Part shown: in pieces, positions 28,974 through 40,393 of the stretch
How positions within the stretch are numbered: the stretch's first letter is position 1
How the letters are laid out: the number at the start of each line of letters is the position of its first letter
Source: a virus
Taxonomy: Duplodnaviria; Heunggongvirae; Uroviricota; Caudoviricetes
IMG/VR virus record: IMGVR_UViG_3300031920_000341
Location: 80,267-144,266 of that record
Length of the DNA stretch: 64,000 nucleotides
Strand: one strand, 5' to 3'
The notes under the pieces: generated by a model
Told to the model about the DNA's origin: nothing
Seen by the model: the letters and a program-made list of their open reading frames with translations, nothing else
Databases searched by the model: none
Made by a program: the position numbers and the translations under genes

Positions 28974-31900
28974 ATGGCAAAAGATGAAATAACAAAAGTA
29001 ACGCCTACACATCTAATTACGAAGCTAACATATCTGTATAGTAATTTACAGGAACTTCTTAATAAATTAGTTGTATCTATGTCTTCATATTCTGAAACTG
29101 TTACAACAACATTACAGGCTACTGATGGTACACCAGAAATATACAATATACCTTCATTAGGATATTTGTTCAACGAAGTTGAAATACTTACTAAGCAGAT
29201 GGAATCACTCATTAATCTTAATAATGATACATTAAGTTTAAAGTATACAGACGGAAGCATAAAGAATTTTGAAATGAAAAAATTATCAGCTTTAATTGAT
29301 GAGCTTGAAGAATTTGCTGAGGTCGATTTGCCTTTACCTGAAGAATTTAGAATAAAGAATAATTGGTTTTTTGAATCATTTTTAAATCCAATGCTTTATG
29401 TTAATGTTAATCTTTCTGATATAATCGGTAATCTTGATATAGATTCATTTGCGGTTAAACGTGTTATTATTGAAAAAGACAATCAAGAAGCAGGAACATA
29501 TTTTGATGAGAGTATCAAAGGTCGTGCCGATATTAATATTACTGAAATATTAAATGAACTAGATAATCAAGGAATTCCATATTATATGGATGATACTATG
29601 GTTGACAGATCAACTTCAATCAATAGATATAATGGTTCATATGCAGTTACACAATTATTAAGTGATACTGCAGTAGTAGATAGTGTTAGTATTGAAAGAA
29701 AATTATATAAACTTGACACACTTAAATATTATGATTTAATCAATACCGAAAAATCAACTAAATTTTTAGCAAAAGGAGATATATTAATAACTAATAATGA
29801 TAGCGAATACGAAATTGTTGATATAAACTATGATAATAAAATAGTTTATTTGGAACGTAGTTTTGGCACAGATTCCATTGGTGTTGGTGCAAATGTACTT
29901 AAAATTAAACCATTGTTATATCGTTCACCTAATATACAGATTGGTATTGGATATAATGAAAGGAATATTATATTTATTAAACCAATATCTAAGCTAAGGA
30001 ATATGTCTGGTCATAATTGGAATAGCGGGGTTGCAATTTATACAAATGAATTACAAATTAAACTTTCTAATGGTGAACTTATAAATCTATCACAATATTA
30101 TGATACTTATGTATCTGATTTTAGTTTAATGTTTAGTAATTTTACTAAAGAATCTAAACTACCAGCTAGTGTTGCTATACAACCAGATTCACCAGTTCTT
30201 AATTTAAATAATTTTAATGTTGAATTAGTAAATGCACATATTAAGAATAGTATTTCAGAAGAAGGCATTGAAAATGATCTTGCAACAAAAGAAAAGCTTG
30301 AAAGTGATATTGCAGAATATAATAAAACCATAAGTGATTTAACAAGTAGAGTAAACAGTACTGAAACACTTAATAAAAGCGAAATTCAAAACCTTGATAA
30401 AGATATTAAAAAATCGACTGAAAGGAAAACAAATGCAACTAAGCAATTAACTTCTCTTATTAGTCAATTAAATTATAATATCAAGAGTAAACCCAATATG
30501 ATTAGTAATCCTAAATATAGGTTACGTGGCTTTTGGGAAATACCAGATCCTAAACAAAGTATGTATGGTGTACAACATGTAGTTAAATTTTTAGTTTCAT
30601 ATAGATACCTTAGTAAAGATGGTGCACCTAATGATACTAAACAAATGTCGTATGTTGATAAGACCGGTAAAAGTAATGTTGCATTCTTTTCAAATTGGAT
30701 TGAAGTAGATACTAAAGCAAGGATTAGAATAAAGAATGAAGATACTGATATATTTGAATGGCAGGATGAGGATACAAAAAATGCCGAAGAAGTAAATATA
30801 AATCAACTTGATATTCCAATTAATAAAGGAGAATCTGTTGAAATTCGTATTAAATCAATTTCAGAAGCTGGATATCCGGATAATCCTGTATTTTCTGATT
30901 TTTCAGATAGTGTTGTAATAACATTTCCTGAGATATTTGAAATGAAAGATAATGGCGAAGTATTAGTTCAAAAATTATTAATTGATGAATCAGTACTTAA
31001 TTTCAGTGAAGAGTTAAATGCTAAGCATCTTGATTTACATTTAATGAGTGGATTTATTCGCGGCGATCGTTATTATACACATAAATTATCTGATATATTC
31101 TCAGGTTCATATGATACAAATGGCGATATACTTGATGCTGAACAGAAAATTAGAAAATTAGAAGATAGAATAGTTGCATTAGAAAATGCTCTAACTGGAG
31201 CACGTGGCGTTATTAAAGTATCCATTGTTGATAACAATGGTAATATTATTAATGTTAACAAAGGAGATACTATTTCATTATTTGCTGGATATTATAGAGA
31301 TATAATTGAAGATAATACTGGTTTAAATGAAGGTGACATATTAACTTCGTCTTATGTAATTTCAATTGAGAATACTTCACAAACCCAACTTGAACTTGTT
31401 TCAAGACTTGCTGGCGGAATTGATGAAGTAGTTGAACCATCTCCAAATGCTGATGATTATGGTATAAATAGAAAATATGATAGAACGCCACTATTGGTAT
31501 CTAGTAATACTATACCAATGTTAGGTGAACTTAAACAACCTTCGCCTTGGCAATCTGGTAATGTTAAAAGTCAATTTATATATTCAAGATATAAAGATAA
31601 TGGTTTAATTAATAATTTATATGAAAATGATAATAAATTAAATGATTTAGCCGCATATGATTCAAATGATGTTATGACAACAGTTTCTAATTATGACTTT
31701 CTAGGCAATACGCCAAATGGAACAGGAGTAAAGGTTCCATTTAATGGTTATAACTATTTACCATATGATCCTACATATAGCGATTTTGGTTTATGGAATA
31801 CAAATACTGATGTTTGGGCAGGAACGCTTTCGAGCTCGCCTGCCGCACCAGATGGTGGTGGATACTTAAGTGATTTCTGTATTCATAAAGATCACCCAGA

Positions 31901-32543
31901 AGTCACCGCATTAACCGGTACGCCATCTGATATAACGTTATTCTATCGTCCAACAATGTTAACAAATCAGGCATACTATCCGTTTGCCCATGGTTTACAT
32001 TTTGAAACAAGTGTACAAGACGATACAAATATATTTGGAACTAAATATTATAAACAAATAATTTATAGAACACCAGATGAACCATCAGTTACTATACGTG
32101 ATAATCATTTTCCAGTTAAGATTGGATATCATGTTAATGATAAATATTTAATTGGTAAGTATACATGTGGTTCTTATTTGTTTATTGCACCAACTAAATA
32201 TGATGATATTTCTATTGATGGTAACCATCCAGATATTGCTAAGAAGACTATAGAATATGGTTCTGAAAATGCAATTAATATTCCATTGGCATTTCAATTT
32301 AGATGTGTTGATACATTAGGATATGTTGGTGGATTTAGTATGGACAGAACTCTTTCTAATGTTGAATATACAAAGAAAATTGGATTTGATATATATGATA
32401 GAGCAAATTCTACAACAAACCAATATGGCGATATATTCTCATTTGACGTAGAAGTTAATTGTAAATATAAACAAAAAACTCCAAATATTACACCAGTATC
32501 GTTTGTAACCAAAGGTGCAATTAATAAAATAAATTACGCATAA
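28974..32543 (+). CDS. Putative baseplate/structural protein with coiled coil and beta-sandwich domains, 1189 aa
   Basis: Long ORF; FN3-like VEIRIKSISEAG...SDFS segment. Confidence 0.7.
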   Translation: MAKDEITKVTPTHLITKLTYLYSNLQELLNKLVVSMSSYSETVTTTLQATDGTPEIYNIPSLGYLFNEVEILTKQMESLINLNNDTLSLKYTDGSIKNFEMKKLSALIDELEEFAEVDLPLPEEFRIKNNWFFESFLNPMLYVNVNLSDIIGNLDIDSFAVKRVIIEKDNQEAGTYFDESIKGRADINITEILNELDNQGIPYYMDDTMVDRSTSINRYNGSYAVTQLLSDTAVVDSVSIERKLYKLDTLKYYDLINTEKSTKFLAKGDILITNNDSEYEIVDINYDNKIVYLERSFGTDSIGVGANVLKIKPLLYRSPNIQIGIGYNERNIIFIKPISKLRNMSGHNWNSGVAIYTNELQIKLSNGELINLSQYYDTYVSDFSLMFSNFTKESKLPASVAIQPDSPVLNLNNFNVELVNAHIKNSISEEGIENDLATKEKLESDIAEYNKTISDLTSRVNSTETLNKSEIQNLDKDIKKSTERKTNATKQLTSLISQLNYNIKSKPNMISNPKYRLRGFWEIPDPKQSMYGVQHVVKFLVSYRYLSKDGAPNDTKQMSYVDKTGKSNVAFFSNWIEVDTKARIRIKNEDTDIFEWQDEDTKNAEEVNINQLDIPINKGESVEIRIKSISEAGYPDNPVFSDFSDSVVITFPEIFEMKDNGEVLVQKLLIDESVLNFSEELNAKHLDLHLMSGFIRGDRYYTHKLSDIFSGSYDTNGDILDAEQKIRKLEDRIVALENALTGARGVIKVSIVDNNGNIINVNKGDTISLFAGYYRDIIEDNTGLNEGDILTSSYVISIENTSQTQLELVSRLAGGIDEVVEPSPNADDYGINRKYDRTPLLVSSNTIPMLGELKQPSPWQSGNVKSQFIYSRYKDNGLINNLYENDNKLNDLAAYDSNDVMTTVSNYDFLGNTPNGTGVKVPFNGYNYLPYDPTYSDFGLWNTNTDVWAGTLSSSPAAPDGGGYLSDFCIHKDHPEVTALTGTPSDITLFYRPTMLTNQAYYPFAHGLHFETSVQDDTNIFGTKYYKQIIYRTPDEPSVTIRDNHFPVKIGYHVNDKYLIGKYTCGSYLFIAPTKYDDISIDGNHPDIAKKTIEYGSENAINIPLAFQFRCVDTLGYVGGFSMDRTLSNVEYTKKIGFDIYDRANSTTNQYGDIFSFDVEVNCKYKQKTPNITPVSFVTKGAINKINYA

Positions 32544-35500
32544 TGTCTTTGAATATTAGCTTTGATAGATTTCAGGAAAGTATTTCATCATTCCAGATGG
32601 TTCGTACTAATCCAAAATTAACAGGTAATGTTAAAATAAGTGTGGATTTCAACGAAGATATCTGGTTTAATTCTATTGATGCTAATGAACAATTAGCTAG
32701 TAGTGAATATAAAAAATTTCCTATATCGCTTACTGATAAACACGGAGTAAATCTTAGAAATTTTTTTAGAGCAGGAAAAACGCCACTTAATATCATTTTT
32801 GATGTTAAAAAGGAGGTTGATGATAAGTCAACCTCTTCTGATTATGCAAATCAATTCGATTTTTCAGGATATACATCTGGTGCAAAGTATCTTAAGAGTA
32901 AATTTTACGATGAACGATTTTCATATTTCGCTCCATTGTATTTAAAAGGAGATATACCACAATATTTTGTAATATTCAGAATAGACGGCCCAATGAATAA
33001 TAGCCAAACATTAAATGAAACAGTTATTAATAACAAAGAATATTTTCTTAAAATATTAAGAGAAGCAAAGGTAATTAAGACATTTGATTTAAGCGAAGAA
33101 ACAAATATTGGAAAATACGTCAAAAGTATTTTTAATGATAGTAAGAATAATAATTCAGACATTGATATTAGATTCAATAAAGATAATTTTACATATTGGA
33201 ATGGTTATTCGATTAAAAGTGGTAGTTATGTTAGCCGTGGCGAATATATGCAAAAAACATTTGAAGATGATTCACCAATTAAGATATTTGAAAAGTATGT
33301 AACAACTGGATATGAAAGACAAGGTATTATTAATCCTCATATTGTTAACTTAGAATTTTTCTTTGAAGATACTTTTGCTGATTATTATGATATGAATAGA
33401 TATATTGGATTTTATGTTAATAGCATAGATATGGTTGACATGGAATTTGATACAGATCGTTTATATGAAATGCAAAATGATTTAGGTAATTTACCTGTTA
33501 TAAAAGTAAAACCAAAGTTTATCGATGAATCAAGAATTATGACAAATACAAATGGTGTTAAACTTCCATTTGTTGGAAATATTACCGATATAGGTCCACT
33601 TGATTTTATGATTAATTCTAACAATATGATTTTACCTTATATTACAGGTAAAGATAAAACATTCTATACACTTGACCCAGATAATCCATTTGAAGTTTAT
33701 CATATAGATGAATTTGATTATGCGTTATTCAATATTAGAAATAAAAGCATGGATGTTGGCAATATGTATGGAACAGATCGTGTATTATTACAACAGAAAG
33801 CAAGTCAATTAGATAAACAAGGAAGATCATTTATTTGGATGGAATTCACAGATGATTTATCTAACTTTGATAGATTTTTAATTTATCACATAAATGGTTC
33901 TAAATTTGATGATACCCTTAATTTAAATTATGATGAGATTCATGTATTTAATGAATTTACACCAACATCTAATCCAGGTGAATATTATGTATATGAAGAT
34001 TATGTTGATCCAATTGATTCTTCAATATATGATTTATATTATATTAATGGTAAAATGTTACACGGTAGACCAGAATCAATAGTTGAAGCTATATCTGGTG
34101 CATTAAATACATTAGAGAAAATGCCATTTAACATTTATACAGAAGATGGTAAAATTTTATTTGTTAACAAAGCCGAAGGTAATCAAGATAGTAAATTTTC
34201 TATAAAATTTATTAGTACTTCATCTAGTTATCCTTATGTTACAATCAATAGATATACCAGTAATGATCTAATTGATACTATTATCTATGCTGAAGGTGGT
34301 TCTGATGATTGCTATAGAGTAAAGGTTGATGCTAAATATTATGAATATCTTACAGATAACCTTGGAAATATTTTATTAAAGACCAATAAATTCTGGGAAT
34401 ATTTACATAAGCTATCATATGATGTTGATGCTATTGATACAGGAAATATATCAGGTATTTTTAATAATATAGTATTATGTATTGATAAAACATATACTGA
34501 TGGTCTTGATATAACCGGTAATTTTATTTTAATAAAACGTGAATTTCATTCTCAATTAGGATTATTTTCATTTTATCCATTAAAAGATTTTGATTTTGGA
34601 TTTACCGATACAACTTATAACAGAATGCCATTATGGGAAATTTACAAATATTTTTTCATTCCGCCAAATACTAATTTAATAAAAGAAGGTATATGGTATA
34701 AAGTAGTAGGTGATGGTATAATTGAATATAATTCTATAGAATATAAAGCAGATGAGATATTCCAAGGTATTGTCAATAAAACCAGCTATACACTAAAGGA
34801 AGGTAATACATACATAATATATTCATCTGAAACATCAAGTGGAACAGATTTATTAGATATACCATTATATGATGGCGATAAAGACATTCAAAGATTTAAT
34901 GGATATTTTGCAATTCGCGATCCATTCCTTGAAAAAGAAAAAACTGATAATTATGATACAAGAGATGTATTCTTTGATAATATGTTAACATCTGAATATC
35001 ATTATTATAGAGAAAATTTTGTACCTGAATTAGCAATGGATTCTAGACTTGTACCTTATATTAGCAAATGGGGTTATGTTGATGGTAAGAATATAAGAGA
35101 TGTTAATTACAGATTGAATAATCATATATCATTTGGTATAAATAACTTTTCTCCGGATCATTTTGAATCTACTCAAAATCCACTTAATATGACACATGAG
35201 TGGTATTATCTTATAAGTGATTATGATTTTATAAATGATATATCAGTAAAGGTAAGTAATTATTCTTACTTTCCAACTGAATTAGATTTATTACAAACAT
35301 CTGCTATATTTACAGTAGAGACTGAATTCGAAGAATTCTTTAATTATACCTATGTAAATCAAGAAACACAACTTTCTAAAACACAGGAACGTTATTCTTA
35401 TATCAAATATAATAAAGTATTCAATAGATATGAAACATTCTTTAGGGGCGTTAAAATGATATTCAATGAACGTGATCTTAGTAATGATGAAGCGCTTCCA

Positions 35501-37414
35501 TCAGGAAAACCGCCAGTTAAGGTTAAATCAAGAAGATTTGATGATTATAGATTTACTGTGGTTTTAATTCCAAAACAAGAAGATATATTAGGGACCGCTC
35601 CACCTATAACATATAATTTTTATGAAAGTAAAGAAAATAAATTTATAATATTTGCGATAGAATTATATATTGGAGACATAACAAATGTTGATACTACTAT
35701 TCCTGAAATTACAGTTGATAATTATAGAGAGATGTTAACTAAAAGTAGTCCTAGTGATTCAACTGCTGATGGCGATTATAGAATATCATTTAATGAACAA
35801 GGTATATCTGATTTAACTTATTTGTACTTATATTCAGTACACAATAAAAAGTTTAGTAATTTACTTAATAATTTTTCAACAATAAAATTAACAGATATTT
35901 ATAGATTTGATTTATTACAAAGTTTAGGCGGAGATAATTATCTTATAAATGCTGAGGCTAATCCTAATTTTACTAATTATAAATTTAATGTTGGTAATGA
36001 AATTCAATCATTTAACGGAGTTTCTGTTATGATGATGGATCATATTGCATTAACCGATTTATTTTTTAATTTAGTTGATCCAATATCTAGTCCAGTACAA
36101 ATAATATCTGATAATCCAATGTTTCAAACAATTGATAGAGGAGTAAAGATTAAGAAAAAAAGCTATCAAGATTTTTATTTAACATATGGAGAAAATAGTT
36201 TATATACATCTATACCTACAACTAGTGTACCAACTAATTTTAGACAAGTAATGGGCGGTAAGAATTATTATAAGAATATATTTAGCATGATTTCATTTGC
36301 TCAAATAAAAGAATATATCAATTCAATTGATCCGGTTATTGAATATAATACATGGAATAGTACTGGGTTTACTAGTAATGAATTTTATGTAACCATTGTT
36401 AATCCTGATAAGGTTAAAAAAATGAATACAATAGTTCCTGTTGTAAATGAATCGCTTAAAATCGAACTTGGTTCAGAATCTGATGTTTCATTTGATTTAT
36501 ATAAACAAAGCATTAAACAAGGTTATGATATATTAAGATATTCTGGTGAATATGAACCAATATTTAAAGATATACTATTTTTTGATCGTGATGTTAATTT
36601 ACCAGAAAATGGAATTTCTAACATATTTATGTCTAATACTAAATTTGCAACTGATGTTGCTGATTTTGCTGTACTTAAAGATTTTACACACTTAAAGATA
36701 TCTGATAAATCTGTATTAAAAACAGAGAGTGATTTAAAATTATATCCTATTTATGAATTGATTGATGAAATAACAATTGGCAATGCTGATTATTATTATT
36801 TCTTATCTAATTGGGAATATGGTTATCATAAAAAATATATTGATAAAATTAATCATATTGATGTTCATGGTTCGTTGAGAATTGAAGAAGATTATAATTT
36901 CGTGGCTAAATTAATAAAACTAAAAGAAGAATTAGAATTGCTTGAATTTGAAGTTACTACACATAATGCACGTAGTAATATTGATAATTTAGATTTTAGT
37001 CAATATGAAATTGTTGTACAAGATGTTGATAATACAATAGTTGGTTATATTAACATAAAGAATATGTTAATCCGTTACTTATATGAAGATGGAATTTATG
37101 ATTTAATAAAAACATATTTAATTTATAATGTAACAACACTTGGAAAATTAACCATGAGAGAATATGTTAATTCATACATAGAAACTAATATAATTGATTT
37201 ATATAATGTTGATACAATTACATTTTTAGGCGAGGATTATAATAATGATGTTGATGCATCTAATCTATTTAGTAGTAGTTTAACAACTAACTCAAAAGAA
37301 TTTAAAGGTGTTGATATAAATAAAAAAGAGAAGTACTTGTATAAATTCACATATACAAAAAAAGATGGTGATAACAAGAAAATCAAATTTAAAACAAAAA
37401 TTAAGCTCATATAA
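32543..37414 (+). CDS. Large putative structural protein, 1623 aa
   Basis: TAATG-coupled to its neighbours in the structural operon. Confidence 0.75.
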   Translation: MSLNISFDRFQESISSFQMVRTNPKLTGNVKISVDFNEDIWFNSIDANEQLASSEYKKFPISLTDKHGVNLRNFFRAGKTPLNIIFDVKKEVDDKSTSSDYANQFDFSGYTSGAKYLKSKFYDERFSYFAPLYLKGDIPQYFVIFRIDGPMNNSQTLNETVINNKEYFLKILREAKVIKTFDLSEETNIGKYVKSIFNDSKNNNSDIDIRFNKDNFTYWNGYSIKSGSYVSRGEYMQKTFEDDSPIKIFEKYVTTGYERQGIINPHIVNLEFFFEDTFADYYDMNRYIGFYVNSIDMVDMEFDTDRLYEMQNDLGNLPVIKVKPKFIDESRIMTNTNGVKLPFVGNITDIGPLDFMINSNNMILPYITGKDKTFYTLDPDNPFEVYHIDEFDYALFNIRNKSMDVGNMYGTDRVLLQQKASQLDKQGRSFIWMEFTDDLSNFDRFLIYHINGSKFDDTLNLNYDEIHVFNEFTPTSNPGEYYVYEDYVDPIDSSIYDLYYINGKMLHGRPESIVEAISGALNTLEKMPFNIYTEDGKILFVNKAEGNQDSKFSIKFISTSSSYPYVTINRYTSNDLIDTIIYAEGGSDDCYRVKVDAKYYEYLTDNLGNILLKTNKFWEYLHKLSYDVDAIDTGNISGIFNNIVLCIDKTYTDGLDITGNFILIKREFHSQLGLFSFYPLKDFDFGFTDTTYNRMPLWEIYKYFFIPPNTNLIKEGIWYKVVGDGIIEYNSIEYKADEIFQGIVNKTSYTLKEGNTYIIYSSETSSGTDLLDIPLYDGDKDIQRFNGYFAIRDPFLEKEKTDNYDTRDVFFDNMLTSEYHYYRENFVPELAMDSRLVPYISKWGYVDGKNIRDVNYRLNNHISFGINNFSPDHFESTQNPLNMTHEWYYLISDYDFINDISVKVSNYSYFPTELDLLQTSAIFTVETEFEEFFNYTYVNQETQLSKTQERYSYIKYNKVFNRYETFFRGVKMIFNERDLSNDEALPSGKPPVKVKSRRFDDYRFTVVLIPKQEDILGTAPPITYNFYESKENKFIIFAIELYIGDITNVDTTIPEITVDNYREMLTKSSPSDSTADGDYRISFNEQGISDLTYLYLYSVHNKKFSNLLNNFSTIKLTDIYRFDLLQSLGGDNYLINAEANPNFTNYKFNVGNEIQSFNGVSVMMMDHIALTDLFFNLVDPISSPVQIISDNPMFQTIDRGVKIKKKSYQDFYLTYGENSLYTSIPTTSVPTNFRQVMGGKNYYKNIFSMISFAQIKEYINSIDPVIEYNTWNSTGFTSNEFYVTIVNPDKVKKMNTIVPVVNESLKIELGSESDVSFDLYKQSIKQGYDILRYSGEYEPIFKDILFFDRDVNLPENGISNIFMSNTKFATDVADFAVLKDFTHLKISDKSVLKTESDLKLYPIYELIDEITIGNADYYYFLSNWEYGYHKKYIDKINHIDVHGSLRIEEDYNFVAKLIKLKEELELLEFEVTTHNARSNIDNLDFSQYEIVVQDVDNTIVGYINIKNMLIRYLYEDGIYDLIKTYLIYNVTTLGKLTMREYVNSYIETNIIDLYNVDTITFLGEDYNNDVDASNLFSSSLTTNSKEFKGVDINKKEKYLYKFTYTKKDGDNKKIKFKTKIKLI

Positions 37415-39474
37415 TGGCGATATCAATTAATTTAAAGGCACTTAGCATAAATGATTCACAGGAACAGTTCATAGAAAAACTAACGTATAATATGAACAAC
37501 TTGATAGAGCTTGGACTTGGCAAAGACGGTCCAGACGGTATCGGTTTACGTGGATACCCAGGTCCTATCGGAGACACTGGAGTTACTGGAACCAGAGGAA
37601 GTTTATGGTACAATGGTACTGTTCTTCCAACATCAGATCTTATTGCTGGAGATCAATTCTTACATGAATCTGAATATGCAATATATAGTAGAGAAGATGC
37701 TTCTCCTGATATATGGACAAAAACTATTGATTTTTATGAAATCATGAATAGTTTAATTAGTTCAGATGCAAGTAATACATTTGTTAGATTAAACCCAACA
37801 AATGATCCTAACAATACAATAATAGTATTCAAAGATGCAATTGAATCACCGTATCCATCTGCTGCACATCGCGATAGATTACTTATGCTTGATTTTGATT
37901 TTGTATCACTTGATAATAGTGATAATATAACAATAATACGTTCTGCTATTCAAAGCATTTATTCATTTGATAATTGGTCTTTACTAATTGGCGATGGCGA
38001 TTTATTGGTTGGTACCGAATTACCCGCTCTTGCAGATTCTCTTAAAATAAAAACAGATGTTAAAAGTTTATATGTACATTCTTATTTTAATTTATCATAT
38101 GATCAATTAGATACTGAAATTACTAAACATTCAGGATTTAGATTTCATACATCTAATTCAACAATAGATGAAGATGCAAGATTTTATATGAGCGCTGGTG
38201 CATTTCAATCAGATGTTGCCGCTTCATTGCCTGCAACAGGATATGCTGCATTTGCATTGCATTCTACTTATAATGATTATTTCTTTAATATAGCAGTAGA
38301 AGCAAGTTCAACTGATTTTTATACAGATAATAATAATCCAATAAAATTTAATCAAGATATACATCCAGCCACAAACTTAACATATGATATTGGTACAACA
38401 TCTTTACTTTTTAATGTATTATATGTAAATTCATTACGTGAAAGTATTTATATTGGTTCAGGTGGAGAGCTTGGTGTAAATATGACAGTATCAACATCAG
38501 AATCAATACTGGCAAAATTGCAAGTTAATGGTAGTATTTGGTTAGATGGCACAACAGATAGAAGTATAATAATGGGTGATAGTGCATCAACTGGTAATGA
38601 TTTAACAATTAAATCTGGCGATGCGGCATATGGTTTAATTTCTGGTGGTGATTTATATCTATATTCTGGAGATAATGGTGGTGGAACAAGCGGTAGTGTT
38701 AATGGTTCAAATATTTATATTAGACCAGGTGAACATTTGGGAATTGGTGATGTAGGTAAAATAATTATGGCTGAAGCTGGTGGTTCTCCTAATGGTGCTG
38801 TATGTATTGGTATGAGCGATATATATGCAAGAGATTATATATTAAATGTAAATGGACTATCATATTTCGGAAATAATATATTACTTAATGGTGATTCAAA
38901 TAGATCAATTACTGTAGATCAAACTGGTGATATAGAAACAGGTGCTTCATTAACGATACAAGCTGGAACAGGTGGTGTTGGTGATTATGTCGGTGGCGAT
39001 TTATATTTATATGCAGGAAGTAATGACGGTAGTTCTAGTAGGGGTATAAATGGACCTAATGTATACATTAAAGGTGGTGAACCTGCATTAACTTATAGAT
39101 GGGGAGATGTTATTATGGTAGCAGATGGCACAACAGCTGAAGGTAGAGTACTTATTGGAACAGATACAACTTCATCTACTGATACTATACTTACAGTTAA
39201 TGGCGATACTTATATTGATACTAAATTAGGTATTAATATTGTAGCACAACAACACTTACATGTTAAACACATTCTTAGATTAGAACCATATTCTGGTACA
39301 CTTGTAGCATTTGAATCAGCATATAGCAGTAGTTTAGATACTGGTGATATGTTTACAATTATTGATGTAACTATTTGTAAAGTTCAATTATATATGTATG
39401 TAAGTGAAGTAGCTTCACCAGGAAGTCAATTACTTCATGAATGGGATATTGATGGATGTACACCTGTAGGATAA
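37414..39474 (+). CDS. Tail fibre-like protein with short collagen segment, 686 aa
   Basis: GPDGIGLRGYPGPIGDTGVTGTRG; duplicated GxDLTIxxG...GGDLYLYxG module. Confidence 0.7.
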   Translation: MAISINLKALSINDSQEQFIEKLTYNMNNLIELGLGKDGPDGIGLRGYPGPIGDTGVTGTRGSLWYNGTVLPTSDLIAGDQFLHESEYAIYSREDASPDIWTKTIDFYEIMNSLISSDASNTFVRLNPTNDPNNTIIVFKDAIESPYPSAAHRDRLLMLDFDFVSLDNSDNITIIRSAIQSIYSFDNWSLLIGDGDLLVGTELPALADSLKIKTDVKSLYVHSYFNLSYDQLDTEITKHSGFRFHTSNSTIDEDARFYMSAGAFQSDVAASLPATGYAAFALHSTYNDYFFNIAVEASSTDFYTDNNNPIKFNQDIHPATNLTYDIGTTSLLFNVLYVNSLRESIYIGSGGELGVNMTVSTSESILAKLQVNGSIWLDGTTDRSIIMGDSASTGNDLTIKSGDAAYGLISGGDLYLYSGDNGGGTSGSVNGSNIYIRPGEHLGIGDVGKIIMAEAGGSPNGAVCIGMSDIYARDYILNVNGLSYFGNNILLNGDSNRSITVDQTGDIETGASLTIQAGTGGVGDYVGGDLYLYAGSNDGSSSRGINGPNVYIKGGEPALTYRWGDVIMVADGTTAEGRVLIGTDTTSSTDTILTVNGDTYIDTKLGINIVAQQHLHVKHILRLEPYSGTLVAFESAYSSSLDTGDMFTIIDVTICKVQLYMYVSEVASPGSQLLHEWDIDGCTPVG

Positions 39475-39478
39475 AAAT

Positions 39479-40309
39479 TTAAAATGCAGGGGTAAGATGA
39501 TAAGGAAATTTATTTTCTGTTTCAATTACATTTAACATATTTTTGAATATTGACGGATTAAATTCTTTTGGACCAATAAATACACGGTTCATCATTACTA
39601 TATCTTTGGCTAAATAAATTCCTTTATTTACAGAATTACGTTTATTCATATTAACGTAAAATGAATTAGAAGTTTCAATTGGATCGTTATTATCAAAATT
39701 ATATTCAATAATTTTTTCAAGTAATTCTTCATTATCTTCATCATTAAGAAATTCAACTTCAAAACATTTTGTCATTTCATGTAAATAAGTAAGTTTATTG
39801 CCAAAAGATAATTTCCAAACTTGATGTTTAGATTTAAATCCGTCAGTAATTATAATATAGACAGAATCATCATTTTGATGTAATTTATCATTTTCAAAAT
39901 AGAATGAGCCTTCTGACATGAATTCAATCATTTCTTCAAGATAATTAGTTATGTTTTTATCAAGTATTTCTTTAGTATTCCAAATAACATTTGCAGTATC
40001 ACTAAACTTACTATCTTCTTTGAAATCAGCAAGTAACATATCAAGCATTTTATCATTCTTAATTTTCTTAAGTCTATTGTCATACATTTTATTTTCATCA
40101 ATAAATGTATTAAGATTTAGTGCATGATATATTATTTCATAAAAATGTTTGAAGTTTTTATTTTTTAAAGCATCATTGTATTGTTTATCCGCATTCAGAA
40201 TAGTTAATTCAACCATTTCCGGATCTATTAAATCCTTATTTGGTTTATCTAACGTAATCCAATTATATGGTAATAATTCTTTCGCCTTAATTCTTCTAGC
40301 CATTATCAT
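39479..40309 (-). CDS. Hypothetical protein, 276 aa
   Basis: Opposite-strand ORF filling the gap. Confidence 0.75.
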   Translation of the reverse strand: MIMARRIKAKELLPYNWITLDKPNKDLIDPEMVELTILNADKQYNDALKNKNFKHFYEIIYHALNLNTFIDENKMYDNRLKKIKNDKMLDMLLADFKEDSKFSDTANVIWNTKEILDKNITNYLEEMIEFMSEGSFYFENDKLHQNDDSVYIIITDGFKSKHQVWKLSFGNKLTYLHEMTKCFEVEFLNDEDNEELLEKIIEYNFDNNDPIETSNSFYVNMNKRNSVNKGIYLAKDIVMMNRVFIGPKEFNPSIFKNMLNVIETENKFPYHLTPAF

Positions 40310-40393
40310 ATGATACTTTTAATTATTTACTTATAAGTTTTACCAATAGATTTTGTAAAGTTTTGGATAAATAATAAAAATGTTCGTATTAGT